From Anaeromyxobacter sp. (GTDB lineage: Bacteria > Myxococcota > Myxococcia > Myxococcales > Anaeromyxobacteraceae): a stretch of 64,000 nucleotides of DNA. Made by a program: the position numbers and the translations under genes. The stretch lies in the NCBI GenBank assembly GCA_049840735.1, contig JASGJN010000021.1, positions 319,901 to 383,900 of the forward strand. The letters are read 5' to 3'. This document shows, piece by piece, positions 1 through 10,285 of the stretch. How positions within the stretch are numbered: the stretch's first letter is position 1; every line of letters starts with the position of its first letter. Below the pieces are notes generated by a model, which was given only the letters and a program-made list of their open reading frames with translations, had not been told where the DNA came from and did not search any database.

Positions 1-294
1 GGCCAGCAGCCCCACCGCGCGGGCCACCGCCGGCCCCACCTCGAACGGCGTGGCCGGGAGGTCCTCGTCGCGCAGCAGCCCCTCGAACTCGGCCGCCACC
101 TCGCAGAGCCGCGCCAGCTGCGAGCGCAGCAGCCGCCACTCGTCCCGCGCGGTCAGCGCCGGCCCCAGCGCCCGCTCCAGCAGCAGCAGCGCCGCGTCGG
201 CGCCGGTGAGCGGCTGCCGCAGCTCGTGCAGCAGCGCCGGCGCCAGCAGGTCGGCGTCGAGCGGCCCGAGCGGTGGCTGTCGTTCCCAGGTCAT
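1..294 (-). CDS. Histidine kinase, N-terminal part (runs off window)
   Basis: Manual translation from ATG at 294: MTWERQPPLG...LLHELRQPLTGA (H-box); directly downstream of the upstream kinase gene. Confidence 0.7.
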   Translation of the reverse strand, partial: MTWERQPPLGPLDADLLAPALLHELRQPLTGADAALLLLERALGPALTARDEWRLLRSQLARLCEVAAEFEGLLRDEDLPATPFEVGPAVARAVGLLA

Positions 295-304
295 GCGGTG
301 GTCC

Positions 305-2139
305 TCAGGCCAGATGGGCAGCGGCCGTGGCCGCCGGGAGCAGGACGGTGAACGCGGAGCCGGCCCCTTCCTCCGACTCCACGAAGATCCGGCCGTGGTG
401 CGCCTCGACGATGCTGTGCGAGACCGAGAGCCCCAGCCCCACGCGCTCGCGGTCGTCCTTGGTCGTGAAGAACGGGTCGAAGATCCGCTCCCGCAGCGTG
501 AGCGGGATGCCCTTGCCGGTGTCGGCGACGCGCAGCCGCAGCGCCTCCCCGTCCACCGCCCCCAGCGACACCTCCAGCGCGCCGCCGCCGGGCATGGCGT
601 TGATGGCGTTCTCCAGCAGGTGCGCCACCACCTGCTGCAGCTGCACCGGGTCCCCCTGCGTCTCGGGCAGGTCCTCGTCGATGCGGGCGGTGAGCCGGAT
701 GCCGGCGGCGCGGAAGCGGTCGGCGTAGAGCGCCAGCGCGGCGCGGACCGGCCGCGCCAGCGGGAAGGGCGGCCCCTGCAGGCTCCGCTCCTGGTCGGCG
801 AAGGCGCGCAGGTCCTCCACCACGCGGGTCACGCGGCCCGCCTGCTCCTGGGCGCGGGTGATCATCTCCGCCTCGCCGCTGCCGGCCGGGAGCTGCTTGC
901 GCAGGATGGCCAGGTAGCCGGTGATGGCGGTCATGGGATTGTTGAGCTCGTGCGCCAGCCCGGCGCCCAGCGACCCCAGCGCGGCCAGCCGGCGCGTGCG
1001 CAGGATCTGGTCCTGGGCGGCCTTCAGCTTCCGCGGTCCGCTCCTCCACCCGGTCCTGCAGCTCGCGGTTCCAGCCGCGGATCTCCTCGTCGCGCCGGCG
1101 CAGCTCGCCGGCCATGTGGCCGAAGGCGCGGCCCAGGTCGGCCAGCTCGTCCCGCCCCTCCACCGCCGGCACCTCCGACCAGCGCCCGGCGCCCACGGCG
1201 GCCGCGGCGCGCGAGAGGCGCACCACCGGGCGCGTCACCGCGCGCGCCAGCACCACCCCCAGGATCACCGCCAGCACCAGCGCCGCCAGCGCGCCCTGGG
1301 CGGTGTAGAGCCGCAGCCGCTCGGCCGCGCTGAAGGCCACCGCCATGGGCTGGGCCACCACCGCGCCCCAGCGCAGCCGCTCCACCGGCGCGAAGGCCGC
1401 AAGCCAGCGGGCGCCGTCGGCCCGGTGCACCAGCCGCGACCAGGCCATGGTCCGGGAAAGCCCCACCTCGGCCAGCCTCCGCTCGTCGTCGGTGAGCGCG
1501 CCCGCCGGGCCGGCGATGGGGCGGCCGGCGGCGTCCACCAGATAGGCCACGCTCTCCGGCCCGGACAGCTCGGCGAGCCGCGCCTCGATGTCCGCCAGCA
1601 CGATCTCCGCCGCCAGCGTCCGGCCCGGCCCGATGCGCAGCGCCACCGCCAGCTTCAGCGGGCCGCCGGCGCGGTAGGGGGCGGAGAGGGCCGTGGCGCC
1701 GGCCGCCGCCGGGGCGCGGGGCAGCTGCTTCACGAACAGGTCGAGGTCGGGGCGGGTGATGGCGACGCGCTCGGCCTCGCGCTCCGGGCCCGGCTCCACG
1801 AAGACCGGCCCGGCGATGGGCGCGTTGGCCTCGTCCACCACGGCCAGGATCGAGACGAAGGGGAGCTGGCGGTAGGGGATGGCCAGGATCTCGGACAGCT
1901 CGCTGCGCGAGTAGTCGTCGAAGAGGATGGGCGAGAACCGCCAGGCGAAGCCGCTCGACCGAGGTGGAGACGAACCGGTCGGCGAAGAGCGCCAGATCCT
2001 GCGCCCCCTGCGTCTGCATCCGGCCCACGGTGCGCTGCAGCTCGTCGCGGCTGGCGGTGTAGGACACGAGCCCCAACAGGCCCACCGGCAGGACGCCGAC
2101 GGCCAGCAGCACCAGCCCGATCTTGGCGCCGAAGCGCAT
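305..2139 (-). CDS. Membrane sensor histidine kinase (Cache-like/HAMP/HisKA/HATPase), split by 2 frameshifts
   Basis: N-terminal TM MRFGAKIGLVLL, HAMP (GRDELADLGRAF), H-box AHELNNPM, DTGKG/FDPFFTTK/GLGL; frame breaks near 1940 and 1033. Confidence 0.85.
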
Positions 2140-2480
2140 CTGGCCGCCTCCTGCGCTGGTGGCGCGGCGCCGTCGCGGCGCCGGGGGAACGTCCAAGCCT
2201 GCGACACGTCCGGGGAAGCGAGCGCCTGGAGCTTTGGCGCCCGGCTGCCTCGGGCGGGCGAATATGGGCGTCGGCCCCCCGCTCACGCAAGCTTACAAGC
2301 GGAGGAAAGCGCCTACATGCAGGGCTGGGCTTCCGCACAGGCGGTGCGGACCTGCCGCACCAGCCCCATCAGGTGTAGCACAACCTGCTACAGCCTCAGC
2401 CTTGATCGGGTTTGCCCGACCGCTCGGACAAGGTAAGGTGCGCCCGCTTCCGAACGCCCCCACTTGGAGGAGCCGTCCAG

Positions 2481-3116
2481 ATGTCCTTTCTCGAACGCCT
2501 GATGCCCAAGACCGATGACTTCTTCTCGGACTTCGAGGCGCAGGCCGCCGCGGTGGTGGAGGGCGTGAAGCTCCTCAAGAACCTGCTCGACGACTTCACC
2601 GACGTGCCGGCCAAGTGCCAGGCCATCAAGGAGGTCGAGCACCGCGCGGACGACATCACCCACCGCGCCTTCGCCCGGCTCCACACCCAGTTCATCACCC
2701 CCTTCGACCGGGCCGAGATCCACCGGCTGCTCTCCCGCATCGACGACGTGCTGGACCTGGCCGACGCCGCCTCGGAGCGGCTCGGGCTCTACGACATCGA
2801 GCAGGTGCTGCCCGAGGCGCGCGAGCTGGCCGCCGTGCTGGTGGCCCAGTCGGAGAAGATGGCCGACGCGGTCCGCGGGCTGCGCAACATGAAGAAGGAC
2901 CCGCGCACCATCCTCGACGCCTGCCAGGAGATGAACGTCCTGGAGAACCAGGCCGACGCCCTCACCCGGCAGACCATGGCCAAGCTGTTCCGGCGCGGCA
3001 GCGACCCGCTCACGGTCATGAAGTGGAAGGAGATCATCGATCTCATCGAGGACGCGACCGATCGGGCCGAGGACGTGGCCAACGTGATCGAGGGCGTGGT
3101 CCTCGAGCACGCCTGA
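2481..3116 (+). CDS. DUF47 / PhoU-like phosphate transport regulator
   Basis: EHRADDI...FITPFDRAEI, ENQAD, EDATDRAEDVAN motifs; GGAGG RBS; precedes pit. Confidence 0.9.
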   Translation: MSFLERLMPKTDDFFSDFEAQAAAVVEGVKLLKNLLDDFTDVPAKCQAIKEVEHRADDITHRAFARLHTQFITPFDRAEIHRLLSRIDDVLDLADAASERLGLYDIEQVLPEARELAAVLVAQSEKMADAVRGLRNMKKDPRTILDACQEMNVLENQADALTRQTMAKLFRRGSDPLTVMKWKEIIDLIEDATDRAEDVANVIEGVVLEHA

Positions 3117-3135
3117 CGGTCAGGGCCCGGCCGCC

Positions 3136-4198
3136 ATGCTCCTCACCGTCGTCATCGCCCTCATCCTCGTCGCGCTGGCGTTCGACTTCATCAACGGCTT
3201 CCACGACGCCGCCAACTCCATCGCCACCATCGTCTCCACCCGCGTGCTCAGCCCGCTGGTGGCGGTGGCCTGGGCGGCCTTCTTCAACTTCATCTCCGCC
3301 GCGCCGGTGCTCTGGGGCGCGGAGCTGAAGGTGGCCGCCACCATGGGCAAGGGGATCGTCGAGTTCCCCACGCTGCAGTCGCACGGGCCGCACTTCGTGC
3401 TGGCCTTCATCTTCGCGGCGCTGATGGGCGCCATCGTCTGGAACCTGCTCACCTGGATCTGGGGCCTGCCCTCCTCCTCCTCCCACGCGCTGGCCGGCGG
3501 CATGATCGGCGCCTGCCTGGTGGCGCTGGGGCCGAGCGGCCTGATCAGCGGCGGCATCCTCAGAGATCGTCGCCTTCATCGTGCTCTCGCCGCTCATCGG
3601 CATGTTCCTGGGCTCGATGATGATGGTGGGGACCGCCTGGATCGTCCGGAAGAGCACGCCGGCCAGGGTGGACGGCTGGTTCCGCAAGCTGCAGCTGGTC
3701 TCGGCGGCCATCTTCTCCTACAGCCACGGCACCAACGACGCGCAGAAGGTGATGGGCATCATCTCCATCATCCTTTACGGCACCATCTGGTCCGACCGCG
3801 CCGCCATGATCCCCGGCCACTTCCCGGTGCCGTTCTGGGTGGTGCTGGCCTGCCAGGGCGCCATCGCGCTCGGGACCATGTTCGGCGGCTGGCGCATCGT
3901 CCGGACCATGGGTCACAACCTGACCAAGCTGCAGCCCATCGGCGGCTTCTGCGCCGAGACCGGCGGCGGCGTGACCATTCTCTTCCTGGCCGCGGCCGGC
4001 ATCCCGGTCTCGACCACCCACACCATCACCGGCGCAATCGTCGGGGTGGGCGCCACCCGGGGCAGCCGGGCGGTCCGCTGGGGCGTGGCCGGGCGCATCA
4101 TCTGGGCGTGGATCTTCACGATTCCGGCCGCCGCAATCGTCGCCGCCATCCTCTTCGGCGTGACCCGCGGGCTGGACGTGCTGCTCACGGGCGGGTAG
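3136..4198 (+). CDS. pit: Inorganic phosphate transporter, PiT family (frameshift ~3560)
   Basis: NGFHDAANSIAT, GLPSSSSHAL, HGTNDAQK, PVSTTH motifs across two frames. Confidence 0.9.
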
Positions 4199-4314
4199 GC
4201 GTAGGGAGGCCCCGAGCCGCCGGCCCGGGCCTTCGGAAGGCGGCGGTGCGATACCAAGGACCGTCGAATCCCTACGCCAGACCGGACTCCGGGCGCCGCT
4301 GGGGCGGCGCCGGG

Positions 4315-4944
4315 TCAAGCCCTCATCATCTCCATGAGCGCGTCCCGGAAGACCTGAAAGCTCCGAGATCGGTTCACCGCAGGATCCATGCGTGGAGCGA
4401 TGGTCCGCGCGGTCTGGATCTTCGGGAGCCCCCCCTCGAAATATCCCGCGCGAGCCAGGACGCTCCCGAGCGCTTCGGCGGTGCCGCCCTGGATCGCGTC
4501 CGGGTCCCGGAAGCGTGCCTGGTTCGGCACGGTCGCCGGCACCTTGGGGAAGGCGCCCCGGACGGCAGCCCAGTCACCGAAGTACCACGACTCCAGCTCC
4601 TCGATTGCGATGAGGGTGAGCATGACCCATGCTCTGCAGTCCCCTCGGAGGCGCGCCGCCCGGCGCGTGCGCAGGCCCGCTCGCTCGGCCATCTCCTCCA
4701 GTTTGGCCTTGAGCCGGCGGCAGTCCTCGGCGTCGCGGTCGACGATCACCACGATGCGCACGCCGTCGATGCTGCTGCGCGCGTACGCGGTCAGTCGCGC
4801 AGGGAGCTTGGCGAGCAGGTCGGGCTTACCTTGAAAGACGCGTATCCCGAACGACACGTCGCCGAGGAGCTTGGGCAGGAGGGCTTCGAGCGCAGCCTTC
4901 ATCGACGGCTCTTCGACCAGGACCTCGACATGGTCGACGCTCAC
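4315..4944 (-). CDS. DUF4276-like TOPRIM-fold protein
   Basis: [35 protein letters not shown] motifs; overlaps ATPase stop. Confidence 0.8.
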   Translation of the reverse strand: MSVDHVEVLVEEPSMKAALEALLPKLLGDVSFGIRVFQGKPDLLAKLPARLTAYARSSIDGVRIVVIVDRDAEDCRRLKAKLEEMAERAGLRTRRAARLRGDCRAWVMLTLIAIEELESWYFGDWAAVRGAFPKVPATVPNQARFRDPDAIQGGTAEALGSVLARAGYFEGGLPKIQTARTIAPRMDPAVNRSRSFQVFRDALMEMMRA

Positions 4945-6188
4945 CGGCTACGCCCCCGCTTGACGGGTGCGCCCCCGTTCACGAGGGGATCGCCAGCGTT
5001 GAAGTACCCTTCCATCCACAGGTGCCCAAGCTTCGCGCCGGCTTCCAGGAACTCCTTTACGCCCTTCACCTCGCTTACGCGTGCAGCCTGCGTGTGGCCA
5101 TGGGGGTCGCGGTAGAGCACGCGAACCTCGTCGGGTCGGAGCTCGTCCAGGAAGAACGGCGAGTGAGTCGTGACGAGGAGCTGCAATCTCGCCGCTGCGC
5201 CCCGGCATTCCTCGGCGAGCTCCGGCAGCAGGCGTGGATGCAGGAAGTTCTCGGGCTCCTCGATTCCGATGAAGCGCGGTGGAGCTGGGTCGTGGAGCAC
5301 GAGGAGGTACGCCAGCATCTTGATGGTCCCGTCGGACGCGAATCGGGCCAGCACCGGCTGGTCGAAGGGAGCGTCCTTGATCTCCAGCAGCAGGTTGCCG
5401 TCGGGCATCGGCTCGACGTCCACCCGCTCGATGCGGGGAATGCGCTGGCGCAGGCGCGCGAAGATCGCGTCGAGCCGGTCGGGGTGGTGCTCCTTGAGGT
5501 ACTGGAGCACGTTGGCCATGTTGTCGCCGTTGCGAGAGAGCCGCTCTTGCGGCCCCATCTCCGGCTGCTTCTTCTTCGTGTCTTCGACCGAGAGGTAGGA
5601 GACAAACCAGTCGGTGATGAACTCGCGGAGCGCAGCGACCCGGGGGTGCTGCTCGAACTGGCCAAGCGTGTTCACCGCGATGAGGTCCGGCGAGCGGAGC
5701 GGTGTCGAGATGCGCTTGTCCTCTGCGTCCGGCATCTCGCCGCTGACGGCTTCGCCCTTGCCCTCTGCGTAATCAAGGAAGCGGAAGGGCTTGCCCTTTG
5801 CCCCGCGCCGCCACTGGAGCCATTCCTCCTTCACCACCGGCCCCCTCGCGCCGTCGTCGATGGCGAGGTGGTAGGTGATCACCGGGAAGCTCGGCTGCTC
5901 CCTGTACTTCAGCTCGATCACGACGGGGCCCTTTTGGCCGCGCGTGCGAATCTCCTTCGCCTTGCCGCGCCGGTCCCAAGCCGAGCGCAGGCCGGTGTCG
6001 AAGCACTCCGAGAGGAAGCTGAAGACGTCGAAGACCGTGGACTTCCCGCTGCCGTTCGGTCCGAGGAGGACGGTCAGCGGCGTCAGGCCGGTGAGCTCAA
6101 TGGAGCGGAGCGCCCGGTAGTTCTGGACCTTCAAATACTCGATGCGGGCCGGCCCCTTGGCCGGCCGGCTGGGCCCGCTGCTCTCCAT
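4941..6188 (-). CDS. ABC-type ATPase (AAA_21/AAA_15-like)
   Basis: Walker A GPNGSGKS, signature SDGT, Walker B IEEPEN, H-loop TTHSP. Confidence 0.9.
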   Translation of the reverse strand: MESSGPSRPAKGPARIEYLKVQNYRALRSIELTGLTPLTVLLGPNGSGKSTVFDVFSFLSECFDTGLRSAWDRRGKAKEIRTRGQKGPVVIELKYREQPSFPVITYHLAIDDGARGPVVKEEWLQWRRGAKGKPFRFLDYAEGKGEAVSGEMPDAEDKRISTPLRSPDLIAVNTLGQFEQHPRVAALREFITDWFVSYLSVEDTKKKQPEMGPQERLSRNGDNMANVLQYLKEHHPDRLDAIFARLRQRIPRIERVDVEPMPDGNLLLEIKDAPFDQPVLARFASDGTIKMLAYLLVLHDPAPPRFIGIEEPENFLHPRLLPELAEECRGAAARLQLLVTTHSPFFLDELRPDEVRVLYRDPHGHTQAARVSEVKGVKEFLEAGAKLGHLWMEGYFNAGDPLVNGGAPVKRGRSR

Positions 6189-6470
6189 CACTTCCCTCCC
6201 GTCGAAACGGCCTGAGGCCGGGATGTTACAGTCCATGCCGTGAGCGGTCCCGTTTCCCGTCCACGGGGAGCCCCGGGATGGGAAGGGGTCGGCGAACCGC
6301 CTCGGTCACCAGAGGTCAATGATTCCAGCCAGTTGGCGCGCGTCTGCGGTCCACGGAACAAAGCCGTGCTACAGGATCGCGGCCGGCCTCTCGGTGACCG
6401 TCGGGTACGGTTCGCTGCAATCGCTCCCAGGACCGCAACCGGTGCGCTGCTCGCGTGTTGAGGTGATCGG

Positions 6471-7067
6471 ATGGCTCCGGATCCCGACGCGGCGCTGATG
6501 CAGGCCTTCCAGCGCGGCGACGAGGGGGCGTTCCGGACGCTCTTCGAGAGGAACGCGCGCGCCATGGTCGCCTTCTGCCACCACTTCGTCCGGGACCCGG
6601 CGCGCGCCGAGGAGCTGGCCCAGGACGTCTTCGTGAACCTGTACCGGGCCCGGGACCGCTACCGCCCCACGGCGCGGTTCAAGACCTTCCTCTACCGCAT
6701 CGCCGCGAACCACTGCCTGAACGAGCTGCGCCGGGCCGAGCACGCCCACCGGGCCGAGCCGGCCCCGGGCAGCGAGGACGGGCCGCCGGATCCGGACGGG
6801 CTGGCCTCGGGCGGCGCCACGCCGGAGGAGGCGCTGGCCGGCGCGGCGCTGGAGCGGGCCGTCCAGCGGCTCCTGCAGCAGCTGCCGGAGAAGCAGCGGG
6901 CGGCGCTGGTGCTGTGCCGGTTCGAGGGGCTCTCCTACGAGGAGATCGCCCAGGTGCTGGACGTCACCGTCCCCGCAGTGAAGTCGCTGGTCCACCGCGC
7001 CACCGTGGCCGCGGCCCAGGCGCTGGCCCCGTTCCAGGGGACCGCGCCGGAGGAGGTTGCCTCGTGA
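6471..7067 (+). CDS. ECF RNA polymerase sigma factor
   Basis: AEELAQDVF, FKTFLYRIAANHCLN, LPEKQRAAL...GLSYEEIAQVL. Confidence 0.92.
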   Translation: MAPDPDAALMQAFQRGDEGAFRTLFERNARAMVAFCHHFVRDPARAEELAQDVFVNLYRARDRYRPTARFKTFLYRIAANHCLNELRRAEHAHRAEPAPGSEDGPPDPDGLASGGATPEEALAGAALERAVQRLLQQLPEKQRAALVLCRFEGLSYEEIAQVLDVTVPAVKSLVHRATVAAAQALAPFQGTAPEEVAS

Positions 7068-7543
7068 CCCATCACTTCCACGCCGACCTGACCGCCTACG
7101 TGGACGGCGCGCTGTCCGAGGCCGCGGCCGCGGCGCTGCGGGCCCACCTGGCCGGCTGCCCGGGCTGCGCCGCCGAGGAGACCCGGCTGCGCGCCGCGCT
7201 GCGGCTGCTCTCGGCGCTGCCGCCCCCGCCGGAGCCGTCGCCCTTCTTCGCGACGCGGCTGGAGGCGCGGCTGCGCCAGGAGCGCGAGCGGCGCACGGTC
7301 TGGCAGCGCTTCCTGCAGCGGCTGCGCTGGCGGCTGGCGATCCCGGTGGCCGCCGTGGCCGCGGCGGCGCTGGCGGCGGTGCTGACGGTCAGCCACGACC
7401 GGGCGCGGGAGCAGGCCATCGCGGACGAGCTGGACCTGCTGGTGGACTACGAGGCGGTGGCCTCGGTGGACGAGGTGGCCACGCCGGAGGACGCCGCGGT
7501 GATCGCCCAGCTTGACGCGCTGGCGCCGGAGGGCCGCCCGTGA
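7064..7543 (+). CDS. Zinc-binding anti-sigma factor (zf-HC2) with TM helix
   Basis: GTG at 7064 overlapping sigma stop; HLAGCPGC motif; single TM. Confidence 0.85.
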   Translation: MTHHFHADLTAYVDGALSEAAAAALRAHLAGCPGCAAEETRLRAALRLLSALPPPPEPSPFFATRLEARLRQERERRTVWQRFLQRLRWRLAIPVAAVAAAALAAVLTVSHDRAREQAIADELDLLVDYEAVASVDEVATPEDAAVIAQLDALAPEGRP

Positions 7544-8079
7544 CCCGCGCCATCCTCCTGGCCGCCGCGCTGCTGCTCCTGCCCGCCGGCGTCCGCGCGC
7601 AGGAGTCGGCCCCTTCCACCGGCCCCGTTCAGCCTGAGCGTAGCGCCCGCGAAGCGGGCGCGGAGTCGAAGGCAGGCCGGGAGCGCTGGGACCAGCTCTC
7701 CCCCGAGCAGAAGCAGGCCCTGCGCGAGCGCTGGAAGCAGTACCAGGCGCTGCCGCCGGACGAGCAGGCCGACCTGCAGGACCGGCTGGAGCGCTACCGG
7801 AGCCTCACGCCGGAGCAGCGCGCCCAGGTGCAGCGCAACTGGGAGGCCTTCCGGCGGCTGCCCGAGCCGGAGCGCCAGGAGCTTCAAGAGAGGCTGCGGC
7901 GCTGGAAGGAGCTGTCGCCGGAGCGTCGGGCCGAGATCCGCCAGGCGCTGCGGCAGGTGCTGGAGGCCAGCCCGCGGGACCGGGCGCGCTACCTGGAGAA
8001 CCTGCGCCGCTGGCGGGAGCTGACGCCGGAGCAGCGCGAGCGGGCCCGGGAGCGCTGGCGCGAGCGCCACGGCCGGTGA
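7540..8079 (+). CDS. DUF3106-like periplasmic helical repeat protein
   Basis: Signal peptide; repeated W/Y-xx-L-[SPT]-P-E-Q/R units. Confidence 0.8.
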   Translation: MTRAILLAAALLLLPAGVRAQESAPSTGPVQPERSAREAGAESKAGRERWDQLSPEQKQALRERWKQYQALPPDEQADLQDRLERYRSLTPEQRAQVQRNWEAFRRLPEPERQELQERLRRWKELSPERRAEIRQALRQVLEASPRDRARYLENLRRWRELTPEQRERARERWRERHGR

Positions 8080-8083
8080 GGGG

Positions 8084-9718
8084 ATGCGGGCGCGCCTCCT
8101 GCTGGCCGCCGCCGTGACGCTGCTCGCGCCGCCGGCGCGGGCGGCCGACGGCGTGGTGCCGGGGGCGGAGCTGCACCTCTGGACGGTCCTGCAGGACGGG
8201 CTGCCCGGCACCGACGTCCGCTACGACCCGGCGGCGCAGGCCTTCGACGCCGCCGGCTACCTGCAGCCGCAGGGTGGCCAGGGTCACCCGTCGGCGCTGG
8301 TCACGCTCAGCCTGGACGGCCGCCACCTGCACGGCGACCTGCGCTGGCGGGTGGCGCTCGACACCGGCACGCTGCAGCGGCGCGGCTTCCCGGTGGAGGG
8401 CGCGGCCTGCTGGTCGCGCGCCACCAACACCGGCCTCGCCAACGTCGGGCAGGGGGAGTGCAGCCTGTTCCTGACGCGGAACGGCACCTACCGGCCGATG
8501 ATCCTGCCGGTGCAGGAGGAGGCGGACGGTCCGGAGGAATGGATCTCCAACGGTCGGCCGCTGGAGGACGAGGCGCAGGCCACCGCCTTCGTGCGCGAGG
8601 CCTGGGTGGCCTGGTCGGTGGGGCGGGCCGGCTTCCTGACCCTGACCGGCGGACGCTTCCGGCAGGCGGTGGGGGACGGCTACCTCCACGACGACCTGGT
8701 GACCGGGCTGCGGGCTACCGCCGACGTGGGCGCCATCGGGCCGCCGCTGGAGGTCTCGCTGGCGGTCTTCTCGCCCGAGCGCGACTGGCCGCTGGAAGGC
8801 GGGCCGCTCTCGCCCATGGCGGTCGCGCGGGTGGACTTCCTGCCCTCGCTCTTCGAGCGGGCCGGGCTCTTCGCCGCCGGCCTGCTGGACCGGAGCGGCG
8901 GCTCGGCCGAGCTGCTCCGGACGGCGCTGGTGGAGCGCCAGGCGGCGGTGGCCGGCTCGCCCGCGTCGACGCCGCTGCAGCGCCAGTGGGCGCAGCGCAG
9001 CCTGGCCTTCACCCAGGCCGCGCCGCTCGGCGGCGAGGCCACGCTCTGGTGGCTGGGCACCAGCGGCCGGCTGCTGCCGGGGAAGGGCCACCGGCTCAGC
9101 TGGACCGCCGCGCTGGCGCGCGGCCAGCTCGACACGATCGAGTCGTCCTGGGTGGCGGCCGGGCCGCTGGTCTCCGACCTGACCATCCACGGGACGCTGG
9201 TCTCGGCGCGCTGGGAGTGGGCCCTGCGCCAGGTCCGGACCTCGGCGTCCTTCCTGTACGCCTCCGGCGGCGAGCTGCCCCGGTCCCAGCCGGCCACCTC
9301 GCCGGACGATCCGCCGCCGCCCATGACCGGCACCTACCGCGGCTTCCTGGGCGTCTCGCCGCTGCTCACCGAGACCAGCATCTTCTTCCGCGGCGGCCTC
9401 TCCGAGCAGCTGGGCGCGCGCCTGGCCACCGCGCCCGGCGTGAACGGCCGCGGCGTGATCGCGCCGGTGCTGGGGCTGGGGTGGGATCCGGCCGAGACCT
9501 TCTCGCTCGACCTGCGCGGCGCCTGGCTCCAGGCCGACGCCGACGGCCCCTACGGCGGCCGCGGCTACGGCACCGAGCTGGACCTGGTGGCGCGCTGGGA
9601 GCCGCTCACGTGGCTGCGGGTGGGCGCCGAGGCGGACGTGCTCTTCCCGGGCGACTTCTACCCGTCGAACCAGCCGGTGCAGCAGGCCATCCTCGCGCTG
9701 GACGTGGTGACGCCATGA
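8084..9718 (+). CDS. Putative outer-membrane beta-barrel protein (alginate-export-like C-terminus)
   Basis: Signal peptide; YGTELDLVARW...FPGDFY C-terminal barrel pattern. Confidence 0.6.
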   Translation: MRARLLLAAAVTLLAPPARAADGVVPGAELHLWTVLQDGLPGTDVRYDPAAQAFDAAGYLQPQGGQGHPSALVTLSLDGRHLHGDLRWRVALDTGTLQRRGFPVEGAACWSRATNTGLANVGQGECSLFLTRNGTYRPMILPVQEEADGPEEWISNGRPLEDEAQATAFVREAWVAWSVGRAGFLTLTGGRFRQAVGDGYLHDDLVTGLRATADVGAIGPPLEVSLAVFSPERDWPLEGGPLSPMAVARVDFLPSLFERAGLFAAGLLDRSGGSAELLRTALVERQAAVAGSPASTPLQRQWAQRSLAFTQAAPLGGEATLWWLGTSGRLLPGKGHRLSWTAALARGQLDTIESSWVAAGPLVSDLTIHGTLVSARWEWALRQVRTSASFLYASGGELPRSQPATSPDDPPPPMTGTYRGFLGVSPLLTETSIFFRGGLSEQLGARLATAPGVNGRGVIAPVLGLGWDPAETFSLDLRGAWLQADADGPYGGRGYGTELDLVARWEPLTWLRVGAEADVLFPGDFYPSNQPVQQAILALDVVTP

Positions 9719-9993
9719 TCGCGGGGCTGGTGGTGGCGCTCTGCCTGGCGCAGGGGGAGGGGAAGGGGGCCGCGCCGGCGCCGGCGCAGCAGGGCGAGGC
9801 GAAGGCGGCACAGCCCGCCCCGCCGCAGGGCGCCGCTCCCCCCGCTCGCGGTGAGCCTGTCGAACCGCGAGCGAATGGGACTCAGCAGCCGCCGGACCCC
9901 GACGCCGAGGTGATCGCGAACCTGGAGCTGCTGGAGCAGCTGGAGCTCCTGCAGACCCTGGAGCTGATCGGGCCGGAGGAGAAGTGGAGGTAG
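9715..9993 (+). CDS. Small hypothetical exported protein
   Basis: ATG overlaps upstream stop; MIAGLVVALCLAQ...DPDAEVIANLELLEQLELL. Confidence 0.65.
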   Translation: MIAGLVVALCLAQGEGKGAAPAPAQQGEAKAAQPAPPQGAAPPARGEPVEPRANGTQQPPDPDAEVIANLELLEQLELLQTLELIGPEEKWR

Positions 9994-10019
9994 GAGCGGG
10001 ATCCCACGGGTTCACCGCC

Positions 10020-10058
10020 TTGACATGTGATGCGCATGTGCACATGTTGGTAACATGT
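10020..10058 (+). promoter_or_regulatory. vapBC promoter/operator
   Basis: TTGACA at 10020; ACATGT x3; perfect palindrome CATGTGCACATG at 10035-10046. Confidence 0.6.
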
Positions 10059-10285
10059 CGAAGATGATCCAGCTGCGGAACGTGCCTGACGACGTCCACC
10101 GGAAGCTGAAGATGCGCGCGCTGGAGGAGGGGGTGTCCCTCTCGGATCTTCTCATCCGCGAGGCGCGCCAGCTCGCCGAGCGACCCACGCTGGCGCAGAT
10201 GCGTGCCCGCCTGCAGCAGCGTCAGCGCGTCACGCTCCCCACGTCGGCTGCCGAGCTCGTGCGCGGCGCTCGCGGTGATCCTTGA
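10055..10285 (+). CDS. Ribbon-helix-helix antitoxin (FitA/VapB-like)
   Basis: MIQLRNVPDDVHRKLKMRALEEGVSLSD. Confidence 0.85.
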   Translation: MSKMIQLRNVPDDVHRKLKMRALEEGVSLSDLLIREARQLAERPTLAQMRARLQQRQRVTLPTSAAELVRGARGDP

